The position numbers were made by a program, and so were the translations under genes. Below the pieces are notes generated by a model. It was not told the DNA's origin and ran no database searches. It was given only the letters and a program-made list of their open reading frames with translations. From Candidatus Thalassarchaeaceae archaeon (GTDB lineage Archaea > Thermoplasmatota > Poseidoniia > Poseidoniales > Thalassarchaeaceae), in contig JAJPRD010000001.1 in the NCBI GenBank assembly GCA_023700255.1, forward strand, positions 53,566 through 117,565: a stretch of DNA of 64,000 bases, written 5' to 3'. Positions 20,401-30,128 of the stretch are shown here, one piece after another; position 1 is the first letter of the stretch; every line of letters starts with the position of its first letter.

Positions 20401-21414
20401 TTGTCTGATATATCTAGTACTAAATTGGTTATTGAAACCAATAATTTAGTCAAAATGTATGGTCCTCACATTGCTCTCGAAGGCCTTAGTCTTAGCCTTG
20501 AGCCTGGTGCAATTGGGATTCTAGGGCCTAATGGGGCCGGGAAATCTACTTTCTTCAAGTGTATTTTAGGCTTGATTAAAACTACTTCCGGTGATGGTAA
20601 AGTATTGGGTTATGATATCAGAACACAGGGTGATATAATACGTTCAAAAATTGGTTATATGCCCGAATATGATTCTTTAGATCCGGAATTAATTGCAGTC
20701 GATCAGGTCAGATATTCCGGCGAGTTAATTGGTATGAATCCAGCAGAAGCAACTCGAAGAGCACATGAAGTTTTAGAATATGTTGGACTTAAAGAACAGA
20801 GGTATCGTAAAATTGGTACATTCAGCAGCGGAATGAAACAGGCGACTAAACTTGCCTGTGCACTAATTCATGATCCTGAGATTTTGATATGCGATGAACC
20901 CACCAATGGGCTCGATCAACGAGCCAGGGAGTTCATGTTGAATACACTTAGAAATACTGTTAAGGATGGTGGTAGAACAGTATTGATGAGTGGCCATGTA
21001 ATGGATGACATCCAAGAAGTATGTGATAGTATTGTTATGATTCATAAAGGTAAAATTGTAGTTCATAGAAGGATTGATGAGTTAGCCAAACAAGTTGACG
21101 AAGAAATCGAGATTTCAGTATGGGGTGGTTCATCTAAAATGCAAGATTCTTTGGAATCTCGTGGATTAAATGTTCGTCGTCTTGGGAGAGTAATGAGAAT
21201 TAAAGTAGAGTCTGATGATACAATCTCAGCAATCTTACAATCCGCAGTTGAAAGTGATGTACAGGTGAGAAGAATGGGCGTATATGAGCCCGATTTAGAA
21301 GATATATTCTTATTAATCATGGAGAAATTAGGTGCTGAAGTAAAGACAACTTCTGATCTCATGACTCCAGGACATACTGGAATTACCATCCCAGGGGGTG
21401 AAATTCATGAGTGA
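20401..21414 (+). CDS. ABC transporter ATP-binding protein (ABC-2 type system)
   Basis: Walker A GPNGAGKST. Signature FSSGMKQ. Walker B ILICDEP. TTG start. Confidence 0.8.
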   Translation: MSDISSTKLVIETNNLVKMYGPHIALEGLSLSLEPGAIGILGPNGAGKSTFFKCILGLIKTTSGDGKVLGYDIRTQGDIIRSKIGYMPEYDSLDPELIAVDQVRYSGELIGMNPAEATRRAHEVLEYVGLKEQRYRKIGTFSSGMKQATKLACALIHDPEILICDEPTNGLDQRAREFMLNTLRNTVKDGGRTVLMSGHVMDDIQEVCDSIVMIHKGKIVVHRRIDELAKQVDEEIEISVWGGSSKMQDSLESRGLNVRRLGRVMRIKVESDDTISAILQSAVESDVQVRRMGVYEPDLEDIFLLIMEKLGAEVKTTSDLMTPGHTGITIPGGEIHE

Positions 21415-22420
21415 TGATCTGATTGATCTTGAAGGTGGCCAAACTGTTATGGAAGCAGCTTATGGCTCAGATGATGGTGATGATGATTCTATAGCAATAG
21501 TCGCTCAAAAAGAGGCATCTTTAGGTGTGATATTTGAACAAAATTATCGGCCATGGGATGGGAATTTAGGGCCGCGATGGGTTAGGAACTATGCTATATT
21601 TCGGCATCATGTATTTGGTTTATTTACATCTAAGGGTCACAGAAATTATAATCCATTTGTTAGACTAACTATATTAGTTATATTTTTGGGAGCGATTTCT
21701 CCAATTGCTATGTTGTTTTTCGCTTCATTATTTGGTTCCGGACCAGATGGTTTTATCGATAAAATGTGGGGGGTAAATCGCAGTAATCTTTGGGGACAGG
21801 TATTAGGATATTTTCCTCGAAATTTATGTTATTGGCCATTATTAACTGCTCTTGTAGTTGGTGGCATGATCTCTGATGACCGCCGAAATGGTACAAGTTC
21901 AATCTATTTCTCTAGACCTATTACCAGAGTTGATTATACTCTTATGAAATATTTGAGTGTATCAGTAGTTCTAGGTTTTGTAATCATATTTTCTTATATG
22001 TCATATTACACTTTAGCAATAGTGTTCAAAGGAGAAGGTTGGGCCTTTTTAATCGATACTTTACCTATGTTTTTATCTGGTTTATTATGTAGTATACTGT
22101 TGGTGATTACATATACTTCAATCGGTCTAGCTTTATCGAGTATTAGTCAAAGTAGATTTTTTGCTGCAATCTCTTTCTTAAGCATAATTTATGGCACTAA
22201 ATTGACCGCTCTATTAATTGATGCACAATTTGATACATCAATAGTATATATCTTGAGTCCTTATGATTGTCTCGCCCATCTTGGCCAGTGGTTGTTAGGA
22301 TTAGACCTGAATTATTCTCATCCCCTCTCATTATCAGTTATTTCTCTTATATTGATGAACGCAGTTTCTATTATGGTATTAATTTCTAGAGTTACTTCAT
22401 TGGAGGTGACCAGAGAATGA
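21398..22420 (+). CDS. ABC-2 type transporter permease
   Basis: About six TM helices. It lies between two ABC ATPase genes with overlapping stops and starts. Confidence 0.55.
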   Translation: MKFMSDDLIDLEGGQTVMEAAYGSDDGDDDSIAIVAQKEASLGVIFEQNYRPWDGNLGPRWVRNYAIFRHHVFGLFTSKGHRNYNPFVRLTILVIFLGAISPIAMLFFASLFGSGPDGFIDKMWGVNRSNLWGQVLGYFPRNLCYWPLLTALVVGGMISDDRRNGTSSIYFSRPITRVDYTLMKYLSVSVVLGFVIIFSYMSYYTLAIVFKGEGWAFLIDTLPMFLSGLLCSILLVITYTSIGLALSSISQSRFFAAISFLSIIYGTKLTALLIDAQFDTSIVYILSPYDCLAHLGQWLLGLDLNYSHPLSLSVISLILMNAVSIMVLISRVTSLEVTRE

Positions 22421-23358
22421 GTGAAGATAGACCTGTTCCATCAGTTCTTGTAGAAAATGTCTCGAAATGGTATGGCCAAGTTATTGGTATTAATGATGTA
22501 TCTTTAGCAATTGAAGGTGGTGTCACTGGTATTCTTGGACCCAATGGCGCCGGTAAATCCACACTTTTCAAACTATTAATGGGACGAATAAAGCCTAGTC
22601 AAGGAAGTGTTAAGTTATTTGGTATAGATCCATGGACTGACACATCTCCTTATCGAAGGATTGGTTATGTTAGTGAATCAGAAAGACTCTACGATTGGAT
22701 GACTGCTCAAGATTTTGTATCAACTCTTGCCAGATTACATGGTATGACTAGAGATGAAGCGAACGAAAGAGCAGAGCACGTCCTTGATTTTGTAGGTTTA
22801 CATGATGTCAGGCATAAAGAAATAGGGAAGTACAGTAAAGGAATGAGGCAGAGGGTGAAGATAGCTCATGCTTTAGTTCATGATCCTGACTTAATAATTC
22901 TCGATGAACCATTGCATGGTTGTGATCCTTTAGCTAGAACTAGTATAATGAATGTAATTCGAGAACTTGGCCGTCAGGGTAAGACGGTACTCATATCCAG
23001 CCATATTTTAGAAGAAATAGAAAGAATTACTGAACAAATAGTAATTCTCCATAATGGAAGGTTGCTTGCTTTAGGTAATTTATATGCGATTCGTGATTTA
23101 TTAGATAAGCATCCACATCGAATTATGATTACCACAGATGAACCCCGTAAGTTAGCTAGCGCCTTTATTGGAGAAGACCCAATATATGGTGTTAGATTTC
23201 CTGAAGAAGGTAAGTTAGAACTACAAACCAATGATTTATCTGCCGCACACTCAGTCTTGCCTCGAGTTATTGTTAACTCGAATGTTTCAGTTTCAAGAAT
23301 TGATAATCCTGATGACAATTTAGAATCATTGTTAGGTTACTTAATTGGAGGTGAATAA
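22417..23358 (+). CDS. ABC transporter ATP-binding protein (second NBD of the same system)
   Basis: Walker A GPNGAGKST. Signature YSKGMRQR. Walker B LIILDEP. Confidence 0.85.
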   Translation: MSEDRPVPSVLVENVSKWYGQVIGINDVSLAIEGGVTGILGPNGAGKSTLFKLLMGRIKPSQGSVKLFGIDPWTDTSPYRRIGYVSESERLYDWMTAQDFVSTLARLHGMTRDEANERAEHVLDFVGLHDVRHKEIGKYSKGMRQRVKIAHALVHDPDLIILDEPLHGCDPLARTSIMNVIRELGRQGKTVLISSHILEEIERITEQIVILHNGRLLALGNLYAIRDLLDKHPHRIMITTDEPRKLASAFIGEDPIYGVRFPEEGKLELQTNDLSAAHSVLPRVIVNSNVSVSRIDNPDDNLESLLGYLIGGE

Positions 23359-24991
23359 AATGGATAAACAAGGCCGAGGACTTTCTGATACGGTTTGGAC
23401 TCAACTCGATAGAAAGGCGGGTGCTATAGTTGAGTTAACAATTCGTCAACTCCGTAATCGTACGTCTACTTGGGCAGTTTTAGGTGTAGGGGTATTATTG
23501 ATATCTTTGTTGCTTGCATTTTATATTGATGCAATAAGGACTGATTTTGAATCAATAGATAACGATGGAGATAGTGAAGATTGGGATAATGATGGGTTCC
23601 CTTTAGGCCAAGAGCTAATTTATGGTACCAGTGATTATGATAATACCCAATACCCAGGGTCATCGCAGTACCAATATCTTGGCGAAATTGACTGGAATGA
23701 TCAACCACGAACTCACTATGGGAATCATACTTGGAACTATGCTTCTGGATATTTTACACCCACTTGGGTCGATACTGAAGCAGTAAATACATTCGATAGG
23801 TATAGTTGGATAGATTGGAATAATGAAGATGGTATTGCTGATTGCCCCGAAGGAAAACCTTTTGATGATTGGTTCCAGAAAATTTGTGTCTTAGACAATG
23901 GTACTTACGTGGTTAATGGTGTAAGTTTTTCAGCAGAAGGTGAACTGTTTGTCGAACCTGGATACAATTCAGAATGGGGGTATATGACTGATTCATTTTC
24001 TGTAGAAAAACATCCTAAATCAATGTATATAGACGAAGATGATATTGATTGGGATGGTACTTCAGGTTCACATGGATTCGATGATGATGGAGATTGTCTT
24101 AAAGAAGGATATGTAATTGAGGATTTGTCTCAAAATGACAATAACCTAAATGGAATATATTGCGATGTCGAATGGTCTTTTGATGAGAATGGTAACTTAA
24201 TACAAATTAGGGCAGACGACGGTGTCGATGAAGATCCCGATGACTCAAAACATGTAGGTGAATCAAGTCATAGAACATTCATAATTGGCACCGGGAAAAT
24301 TGCTTTTATTATGATTCTTGGACTTTTCTTACCCTTATTTTTAGCCTTAGGTTTAGTACGTGATGAATCTGAGAATGGAACGCTTCACTACTTACTCTCC
24401 AAACCGATACATCGTGGAGAATTTATTCTTTATCGTTTGTTGGGTTATCTAGCAATAGTCGCCTCATATACTGTGATATTAATTTCAATAGTTTCGATAA
24501 TAACTTCTATAATAGGTCCGGGTGATTCTATTATTCGATTAAACGATTTCCCTGTATGGATGGGTATCGCACTTTCTACAATTTTAGTATTAAGTGCATA
24601 TGGCGCTATATTCAATACAGTAGGCTTATTAATGCCAAAATATGGTGTTTATCTCTGTATTATTTATGGTATTTGGGAATTTTTAATGGGATTATTCACT
24701 ATTACTATCCCCACAGCAACAATTCCAATGTTATCTATTTCTCATTGGGCAATTCAAATAATTGATGCTGTTGTTCTAATTGTTTGGAGTGACACTAGTC
24801 TCATTCAACAAAAAGCGGATGCGTTTGATTTGGAGACAGGAATCTCCTTTTTCTGGCACCCTCCAGTCCATACTCTGGATACCGGTAATCCCTTCGTAGC
24901 ACTATTGATAAGCGTAGTATTGATACTACTGGTTACTATAGGTATGATTGCGATAGGGCAGTTAGTTTTCCGAAATAAAGAAATCATGTGA
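23345..24991 (+). CDS. ABC-2 type permease with a large acidic extracellular domain
   Basis: N-terminal TM. A roughly 280-aa extracellular region rich in D/N/G/W, including DNDGDSEDWDNDG. About five C-terminal TM helices. Confidence 0.5.
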   Translation: MEVNKMDKQGRGLSDTVWTQLDRKAGAIVELTIRQLRNRTSTWAVLGVGVLLISLLLAFYIDAIRTDFESIDNDGDSEDWDNDGFPLGQELIYGTSDYDNTQYPGSSQYQYLGEIDWNDQPRTHYGNHTWNYASGYFTPTWVDTEAVNTFDRYSWIDWNNEDGIADCPEGKPFDDWFQKICVLDNGTYVVNGVSFSAEGELFVEPGYNSEWGYMTDSFSVEKHPKSMYIDEDDIDWDGTSGSHGFDDDGDCLKEGYVIEDLSQNDNNLNGIYCDVEWSFDENGNLIQIRADDGVDEDPDDSKHVGESSHRTFIIGTGKIAFIMILGLFLPLFLALGLVRDESENGTLHYLLSKPIHRGEFILYRLLGYLAIVASYTVILISIVSIITSIIGPGDSIIRLNDFPVWMGIALSTILVLSAYGAIFNTVGLLMPKYGVYLCIIYGIWEFLMGLFTITIPTATIPMLSISHWAIQIIDAVVLIVWSDTSLIQQKADAFDLETGISFFWHPPVHTLDTGNPFVALLISVVLILLVTIGMIAIGQLVFRNKEIM

Positions 24992-25001
24992 GGGTTGAGT
25001 A

Positions 25002-26201
25002 ATGGCTGATGAATTGGAGAAATTTTCTGGTGATTATTCATCACTCTGGCGTCTAGATATGATGCCAAGTTTACCACGTCTTTCTTGGTGGTGGTGGTGG
25101 GTGATTATCTTTATCCCAGATCCTGAAAATCCTGAACGCTCTAGGCAATTAATGGTTCTTTGGTCATCTAAAGAAACTCCTGCAGTACGTGTTAACGAAC
25201 ATTGGTGGAAACCGGGTTCAAGAATGAGGATTGATGAACATGGAGGCCATGTAGTCCCTGGAATGGTTTGTTCTTGGTGGTTTGATGGTAAAAATATGCA
25301 TGAACCATTAGTTATGCGTGAATGTAAAATGGTTTCAATAGATGATAAACATCCATTATGGCCAGGTGAAGGTGAAGGCAAAGGTTCAGGCGCAGTGGTT
25401 CCTTTGCTTGAAGATGATTTATCTCTAGGATTAACCGAGGGGAACAAGAAATTTTGGTTGAACTTAGTCAGTGATGAGGGTGCACAGAAAAATGGTGCTC
25501 CTAAATCAATTAATGCTGAATTAACTCCTTGGTGGGGTCCTCCAAGTAAATTGACATATAAAAATAATGTTTTCTTTTCAAATATGGGCTATGACATTTT
25601 GAGAGTTCAAGGGACTAAAGCATCTATTGTAATTGATGGAGAGGAGTTTGAAGGAACAGGTTACTTCCAGAAAGTGAGTGTCCAAGCTCCCTCATTACCT
25701 TGGTTTTGGGGTATGTTACATTTCGACGACGGCTCTTATTTAGATTGGTTTATGCCCCATGTTTCTTTTTCTTGTCTTAATTTAAATGATAAACCATGGA
25801 AACTTAGAGATATTTTTAGAAATCCTAAAATTGGGACTGGAATATTTCATGATGCTAAAAGGGACCGGACTGAAGAGTTCAAGTATTGCCAAGTTGAATT
25901 AGCAGAGCCAGATGATAAAGATGAAGAATTATTTGATAATGATGGTAATCCTTTACCGAAATTTAGAGTACGTGTTTGGAATGATAATACCCAGATTTCT
26001 CTGGAAGTGAGGGCGGTTTCCCGCGCTAAATGGACTTTTGATCAGCCAACTAGGGCTGGCATGGTGAGTCATCTAACTTACAATGAATACCCACTTCAGT
26101 TATTGAAAATAGTCATAAAAGACGAGCAAGGAATTAGAACAAAGAAAGATTATTCATGGATACATGGTAATGCAGAGCATTCTTGGGGATTCCTTCATTG
26201 A
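25002..26201 (+). CDS. hypothetical protein following the ABC-2 cluster (possible AttH/CrtC-like lipocalin-fold accessory protein; unverified)
   Basis: 399 aa. N-terminal hydrophobic WWWWW segment. No motif I can assign with confidence. Confidence 0.4.
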   Translation: MADELEKFSGDYSSLWRLDMMPSLPRLSWWWWWVIIFIPDPENPERSRQLMVLWSSKETPAVRVNEHWWKPGSRMRIDEHGGHVVPGMVCSWWFDGKNMHEPLVMRECKMVSIDDKHPLWPGEGEGKGSGAVVPLLEDDLSLGLTEGNKKFWLNLVSDEGAQKNGAPKSINAELTPWWGPPSKLTYKNNVFFSNMGYDILRVQGTKASIVIDGEEFEGTGYFQKVSVQAPSLPWFWGMLHFDDGSYLDWFMPHVSFSCLNLNDKPWKLRDIFRNPKIGTGIFHDAKRDRTEEFKYCQVELAEPDDKDEELFDNDGNPLPKFRVRVWNDNTQISLEVRAVSRAKWTFDQPTRAGMVSHLTYNEYPLQLLKIVIKDEQGIRTKKDYSWIHGNAEHSWGFLH

Positions 26202-26211
26202 ATAAGGTGGT

Positions 26212-27147
26212 ATGATTTTGGAAGACTTAATTTTAGGTTTTAGAGCATCAATAGATGATGCCGTGATTCAAAAAAACTTTCCTTCAGTATCCGAAGATGA
26301 AGTTCCTATTTGGATGGGTTCACCTTCATTCCCATCATATATTCCAAGATATTTACTAGTCCTGATAGTTTTTTTGATTCATTTTTCTTTTTATTTGATA
26401 GTGGTTACCGATTATACATCTGAGGAAAAGAGTTACTTTAATGCCATAATTCGTCTATTAGATTGGTCTTTTGATTTAGTTGATGTTTTTGCATTTATTT
26501 TTGTTATGATTATTTTTGCCCGATTAAATTTTTACCTAAATATCACGACTTCTACACTTAAAAATACGACATTTTTGGTATTTATTGGATTAATACCTGC
26601 ATTCTGGTGGCTTGCTAATGTAATTGACTGGATTCTTGTAATATTACGTCAAGACCCATTGAATGTACCAGAATGGATAGATTCTTGGTTTTTATTACTT
26701 GGTATTATTAATGGTTTAATCCTACTAGTTCCTACTATAATTTCTCAATTCTCATTTTCTTATCTAATCACTGATCAGAATTTACATTTTAGAGAACGTC
26801 ATTTCATCTTCTATAAATCTTATAATTCAATTGGGCTCGATGAATTAAAAAATCTTAAAACACAACAATCCATGATGGGGAAAGTTTTCGGATTTGGAAA
26901 TATCTTACCTATTCAGAATGATAATTTAGAAGCCCCCTCTCATTCTTTAAGCGAACGATCAATGCCAGAGATTTTCTATCGATTTTTCAAATATATCCTA
27001 TTCCATAAACGTAATTTAAAGGTTGATTTATTACCTCCTTCTAAGTGTTTTTTTGGTATTAAAAAACCAATGATTATCTACGAATTAGTGAACGAATTGA
27101 TGGATGCTAGGAATGGCCGACCTGATTTAATCTCGGAAAATAGCTAG
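26212..27147 (+). CDS. membrane protein with two TM hairpins and PH-like (bPH_2) domains
   Basis: Hydrophobic hairpins alternate with YLITDQNLHFRERHFIFYKS...GKVFGFGNI PH-like blocks. Confidence 0.45.
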   Translation: MILEDLILGFRASIDDAVIQKNFPSVSEDEVPIWMGSPSFPSYIPRYLLVLIVFLIHFSFYLIVVTDYTSEEKSYFNAIIRLLDWSFDLVDVFAFIFVMIIFARLNFYLNITTSTLKNTTFLVFIGLIPAFWWLANVIDWILVILRQDPLNVPEWIDSWFLLLGIINGLILLVPTIISQFSFSYLITDQNLHFRERHFIFYKSYNSIGLDELKNLKTQQSMMGKVFGFGNILPIQNDNLEAPSHSLSERSMPEIFYRFFKYILFHKRNLKVDLLPPSKCFFGIKKPMIIYELVNELMDARNGRPDLISENS

Positions 27148-27219
27148 TTCAACCGAAGATTACTATTCCGCACCGTTCTTAATGTAAAAGCCATCGAGAG
27201 ATACATAGAGGGATTCCCT

Positions 27220-27768
27220 ATGTCAGAAGAAGATACCATCACAATTGCAGCACAACACATTACTAAAGGCGATTTTATGGGCGCTATGGAGATTTTTGAA
27301 ACACACGTCACTAATAATCCAAAAGACCCAGCAGGATACCATGGTTGGGCTGAATCAGCAATGTTTGAGATTCAAGAAAATGGTAATTTCGATGATAAAG
27401 GTAAAGATCGAATTAATGAAGGTAAAGTACAATCTTATCTCCGCAAAGCTGCTGGTTTGGAACCGGACAATGCAGAATATCAGGCAGCTTATGCAAATGC
27501 ATTGATAGAATTTGATAGAGTACCTATGGCAGTTAGAGAATTTCAGAAACTTATCAAATTAGGTGAGAAATTGGAAGATGTTGATGTATCATTCCATCTT
27601 TATGAAGCTGCTAAGCAATTAATAGATTCAATAGATGTTAAAGTAGGATATGATAGGAGCGAACAGTTCGCTCAACAATATATTCCTATTGCAATAGAGT
27701 TTGCAATTTTAGGTCTTGGCTTCTCATCAGTCGATGAAGCAATGGAATATTTGTCAACCGAGGAATAA
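27220..27768 (+). CDS. hypothetical soluble protein, helical/TPR-like
   Basis: Acidic 182-aa ORF with helical repeat character. No catalytic motif found. Confidence 0.4.
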   Translation: MSEEDTITIAAQHITKGDFMGAMEIFETHVTNNPKDPAGYHGWAESAMFEIQENGNFDDKGKDRINEGKVQSYLRKAAGLEPDNAEYQAAYANALIEFDRVPMAVREFQKLIKLGEKLEDVDVSFHLYEAAKQLIDSIDVKVGYDRSEQFAQQYIPIAIEFAILGLGFSSVDEAMEYLSTEE

Positions 27769-27783
27769 TCAGGAGGAGTCCAA

Positions 27784-28665
27784 TTGAATCGCGGCCGAAT
27801 CATGGTCGCTTTCGGATATCATGGTGATCTTTTCCATGGTTCTCAGATTCAACCAAATGTCCCTACGGTTCAAAAAGCGATTGAACTCGCGCTTAGAAAG
27901 GTAAGTTGGTGGAGTGATGGTTGTTTAGAAATGTCTAGCAGAACCGATGCAGGTGTTAGTGTACGCATGAATCTTGCTTGTATCGATGTGCCTCTGAAAG
28001 TATGGGAAGAAGTCGATAAAAAAACGATTCTTCGAGTGCTAAATAATAGATTCCCGGGAGGTTTATGTGCTTGGGACGTAATTAAGGTTGAATCGAATGT
28101 TAGAAGTAGAGCAGCAATATCGAGGACATATCTTTTCCGTACCGAACTAATTGAGGAATGGCCAAGTGGTATTGATGAGAATTTATTCAATGAAGCATGT
28201 GAATTAATAATTGGTACTCATGATTTTACTAATTTCTGTAAACTCGAAGAAGGCAAGAATCCAATTCGAACAATATCTAATTGCGAACCTTGGTATTCAT
28301 CTGATGGTAGATTAATTGGATTGTTGATAACTTCTGAAGCCTTTTTATGGAATCAAGTGAGGAGATTAGCAGCTGCAATAACGGGAGTTTCCTCAGGGCG
28401 TATTCCATTTGATATTTTCAAATCAGCATTAAATGAACCTGAAGTTTTGGTAGATTTAGGTAGAGCACAATCTAATGGACTCATACTTTGGGCTATCGAA
28501 CATAAATCCTCTCAAGGTATGGGTTTAAATTGTAATCCAGATACTACTGGTTTTTCCATACCTCCAGAAAAAAGATATCGATTTAAGAGATGGCTATTCA
28601 TGGCGAAGTTAGAAATGGGATTATTGATAGAAAGAGATTGGGAACATTCTCTTAATTTAGCTTAA
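27784..28665 (+). CDS. truA: tRNA pseudouridine(38-40) synthase
   Basis: Catalytic SRTDAGVSV motif. Size is about 290 aa. TTG start. Confidence 0.8.
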   Translation: MNRGRIMVAFGYHGDLFHGSQIQPNVPTVQKAIELALRKVSWWSDGCLEMSSRTDAGVSVRMNLACIDVPLKVWEEVDKKTILRVLNNRFPGGLCAWDVIKVESNVRSRAAISRTYLFRTELIEEWPSGIDENLFNEACELIIGTHDFTNFCKLEEGKNPIRTISNCEPWYSSDGRLIGLLITSEAFLWNQVRRLAAAITGVSSGRIPFDIFKSALNEPEVLVDLGRAQSNGLILWAIEHKSSQGMGLNCNPDTTGFSIPPEKRYRFKRWLFMAKLEMGLLIERDWEHSLNLA

Positions 28666-29101
28666 TCTCTAATTTATCTCCATCTTTACATGGTAATGCT
28701 TCTCTTAAAAAAGATCCAGAAATTACTTCTGCGGTTTGTGTATGTCGTGTCAGGTCAGGGATTAATACTGCGCAATCAATCCATTTTTCGTTGTCAGCAG
28801 AGATTTTAGCAGGGAATGCTGTAGCTCCTCCGAATGATTTTCCATCTCTTTCAAACCCTTTAATTCTAAATGAGTTTGTATTTTGTATGAAATCTCCTTC
28901 CTCTAATCCTGAAATGATTCTTAAATTCTTATAATTCAGTAAACTAGATTCACCCATATCTAGATTCAAAGTACCTGGCCATGCACTGACTTTCAGAACT
29001 TGTTTAAATTGTTCTTGATAATGAGGTTGTGACATAAATATGTGAGCTCTTCCGAGCCCACTCGACACTTCTCCGGATAGATGCATATTTCTCCGTCTCA
29101 C
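28652..29101 (-). CDS. ribK: CTP-dependent riboflavin kinase (archaeal RibK, MJ0056 family)
   Basis: SGLGRAHIFMSQPHYQEQFKQVL...PGTLNLD matches the archaeal RFK PGTLN motif family. Confidence 0.75.
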   Translation of the reverse strand: MRRRNMHLSGEVSSGLGRAHIFMSQPHYQEQFKQVLKVSAWPGTLNLDMGESSLLNYKNLRIISGLEEGDFIQNTNSFRIKGFERDGKSFGGATAFPAKISADNEKWIDCAVLIPDLTRHTQTAEVISGSFLREALPCKDGDKLEIKLN

Positions 29102-29134
29102 CTTATGTTCAAGAGTATTACCGCTTAGAATTTT

Positions 29135-30028
29135 CTATAATGACACTATGTCCTTTCTTTTACATAGCCCCCAGCCATATGATTCTATCATTTTTCTTTC
29201 TTCAGAATCAATGTCATTAGCTGGATTTGAATGATTTAAGTGTATGAAAGAAATTTCTGGGTCACCAGTATGTTTTCTGCCTAATAAATGAAGGCTTTCT
29301 TCGATTGTGGGATGAGGTATTTCTGATAGTTCTCTTCCAGGTAATTCTTCCAGATTCCAAAATGTACCATCAATCCATGCAATGTCTACACCCCGAAATA
29401 TTAATAGTTCTCTAATACTATTCATTGAGAATGAATCTAACGTTTTATCCCATGAATCTTGATCAGGTAAAAATAAAAGAGTTTTTCTTGTTCCTTTAAT
29501 TCGAATAGCCGCCGTATTTCCTAATTCACTTCGATGAGGTATTGGAATTAATTCTAATGTGAAACCACAATCATTCTTCGGTTGAAATTCTTTATTATAA
29601 CGTTGAGAGATTAATTTAATATTTTCTTCTTTAATCATTAATTGTATATCGTTTCTTTCTTCAAGAATTAATTTATTCTCTGAGCTAAGGTAAACGGGTA
29701 AATTTTCTAGATTCATTACTGGTTTACCAAATTGGCCAATTCCTTCAATATGTCCGAGATGTAAATGAGTAATTGTAACTGTATCTGGCAGGTATACCTC
29801 ATCTCTTTTTTCATCTCCACTCCATATCTTTAATTGTTCGGATAAATTTTTTGTAATTTCAATAAGATGTTTAGAACCATCAATTCCTTCTATTCCTATA
29901 GATACAGGATATTTTCTAAGATTTAGATGGTTGTGGGCATTCAAACATCTTTCGCATGAGCATCCTGCTTGTGGAATCCCAGCATCCTGTGCTGTTCCTA
30001 GTATTGTGACCTTAACTTCTTGCTCCAT
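29135..30028 (-). CDS. metallo-beta-lactamase fold protein, PqqB-like
   Basis: The N-terminal ILGTAQDAGIPQAGCSCERC resembles PqqB family starts. MBL His cluster HLHLGH. Confidence 0.55.
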   Translation of the reverse strand: MEQEVKVTILGTAQDAGIPQAGCSCERCLNAHNHLNLRKYPVSIGIEGIDGSKHLIEITKNLSEQLKIWSGDEKRDEVYLPDTVTITHLHLGHIEGIGQFGKPVMNLENLPVYLSSENKLILEERNDIQLMIKEENIKLISQRYNKEFQPKNDCGFTLELIPIPHRSELGNTAAIRIKGTRKTLLFLPDQDSWDKTLDSFSMNSIRELLIFRGVDIAWIDGTFWNLEELPGRELSEIPHPTIEESLHLLGRKHTGDPEISFIHLNHSNPANDIDSEERKMIESYGWGLCKRKDIVSL

Positions 30029-30128
30029 AATCTATGTCGTATAGGTGTTTATCTTTAACTCGTCTGATTTCACTAATCAATGCTCATACAATAGAAGAAC
30101 AAATGTACTGACGTGCAGTGTGAGGCTT

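Noticed and set aside
25088-25102. The (TGG)5 tract encoding WWWWW and the ttctttggt x3 repeat (FGFFGFFG) at about 36495-36525, considered as phase-variation or contingency loci.
   Set aside because: These are triplet or 9-nt units that preserve the reading frame. Length changes would not switch expression. Mentioned only as minor low-complexity features.
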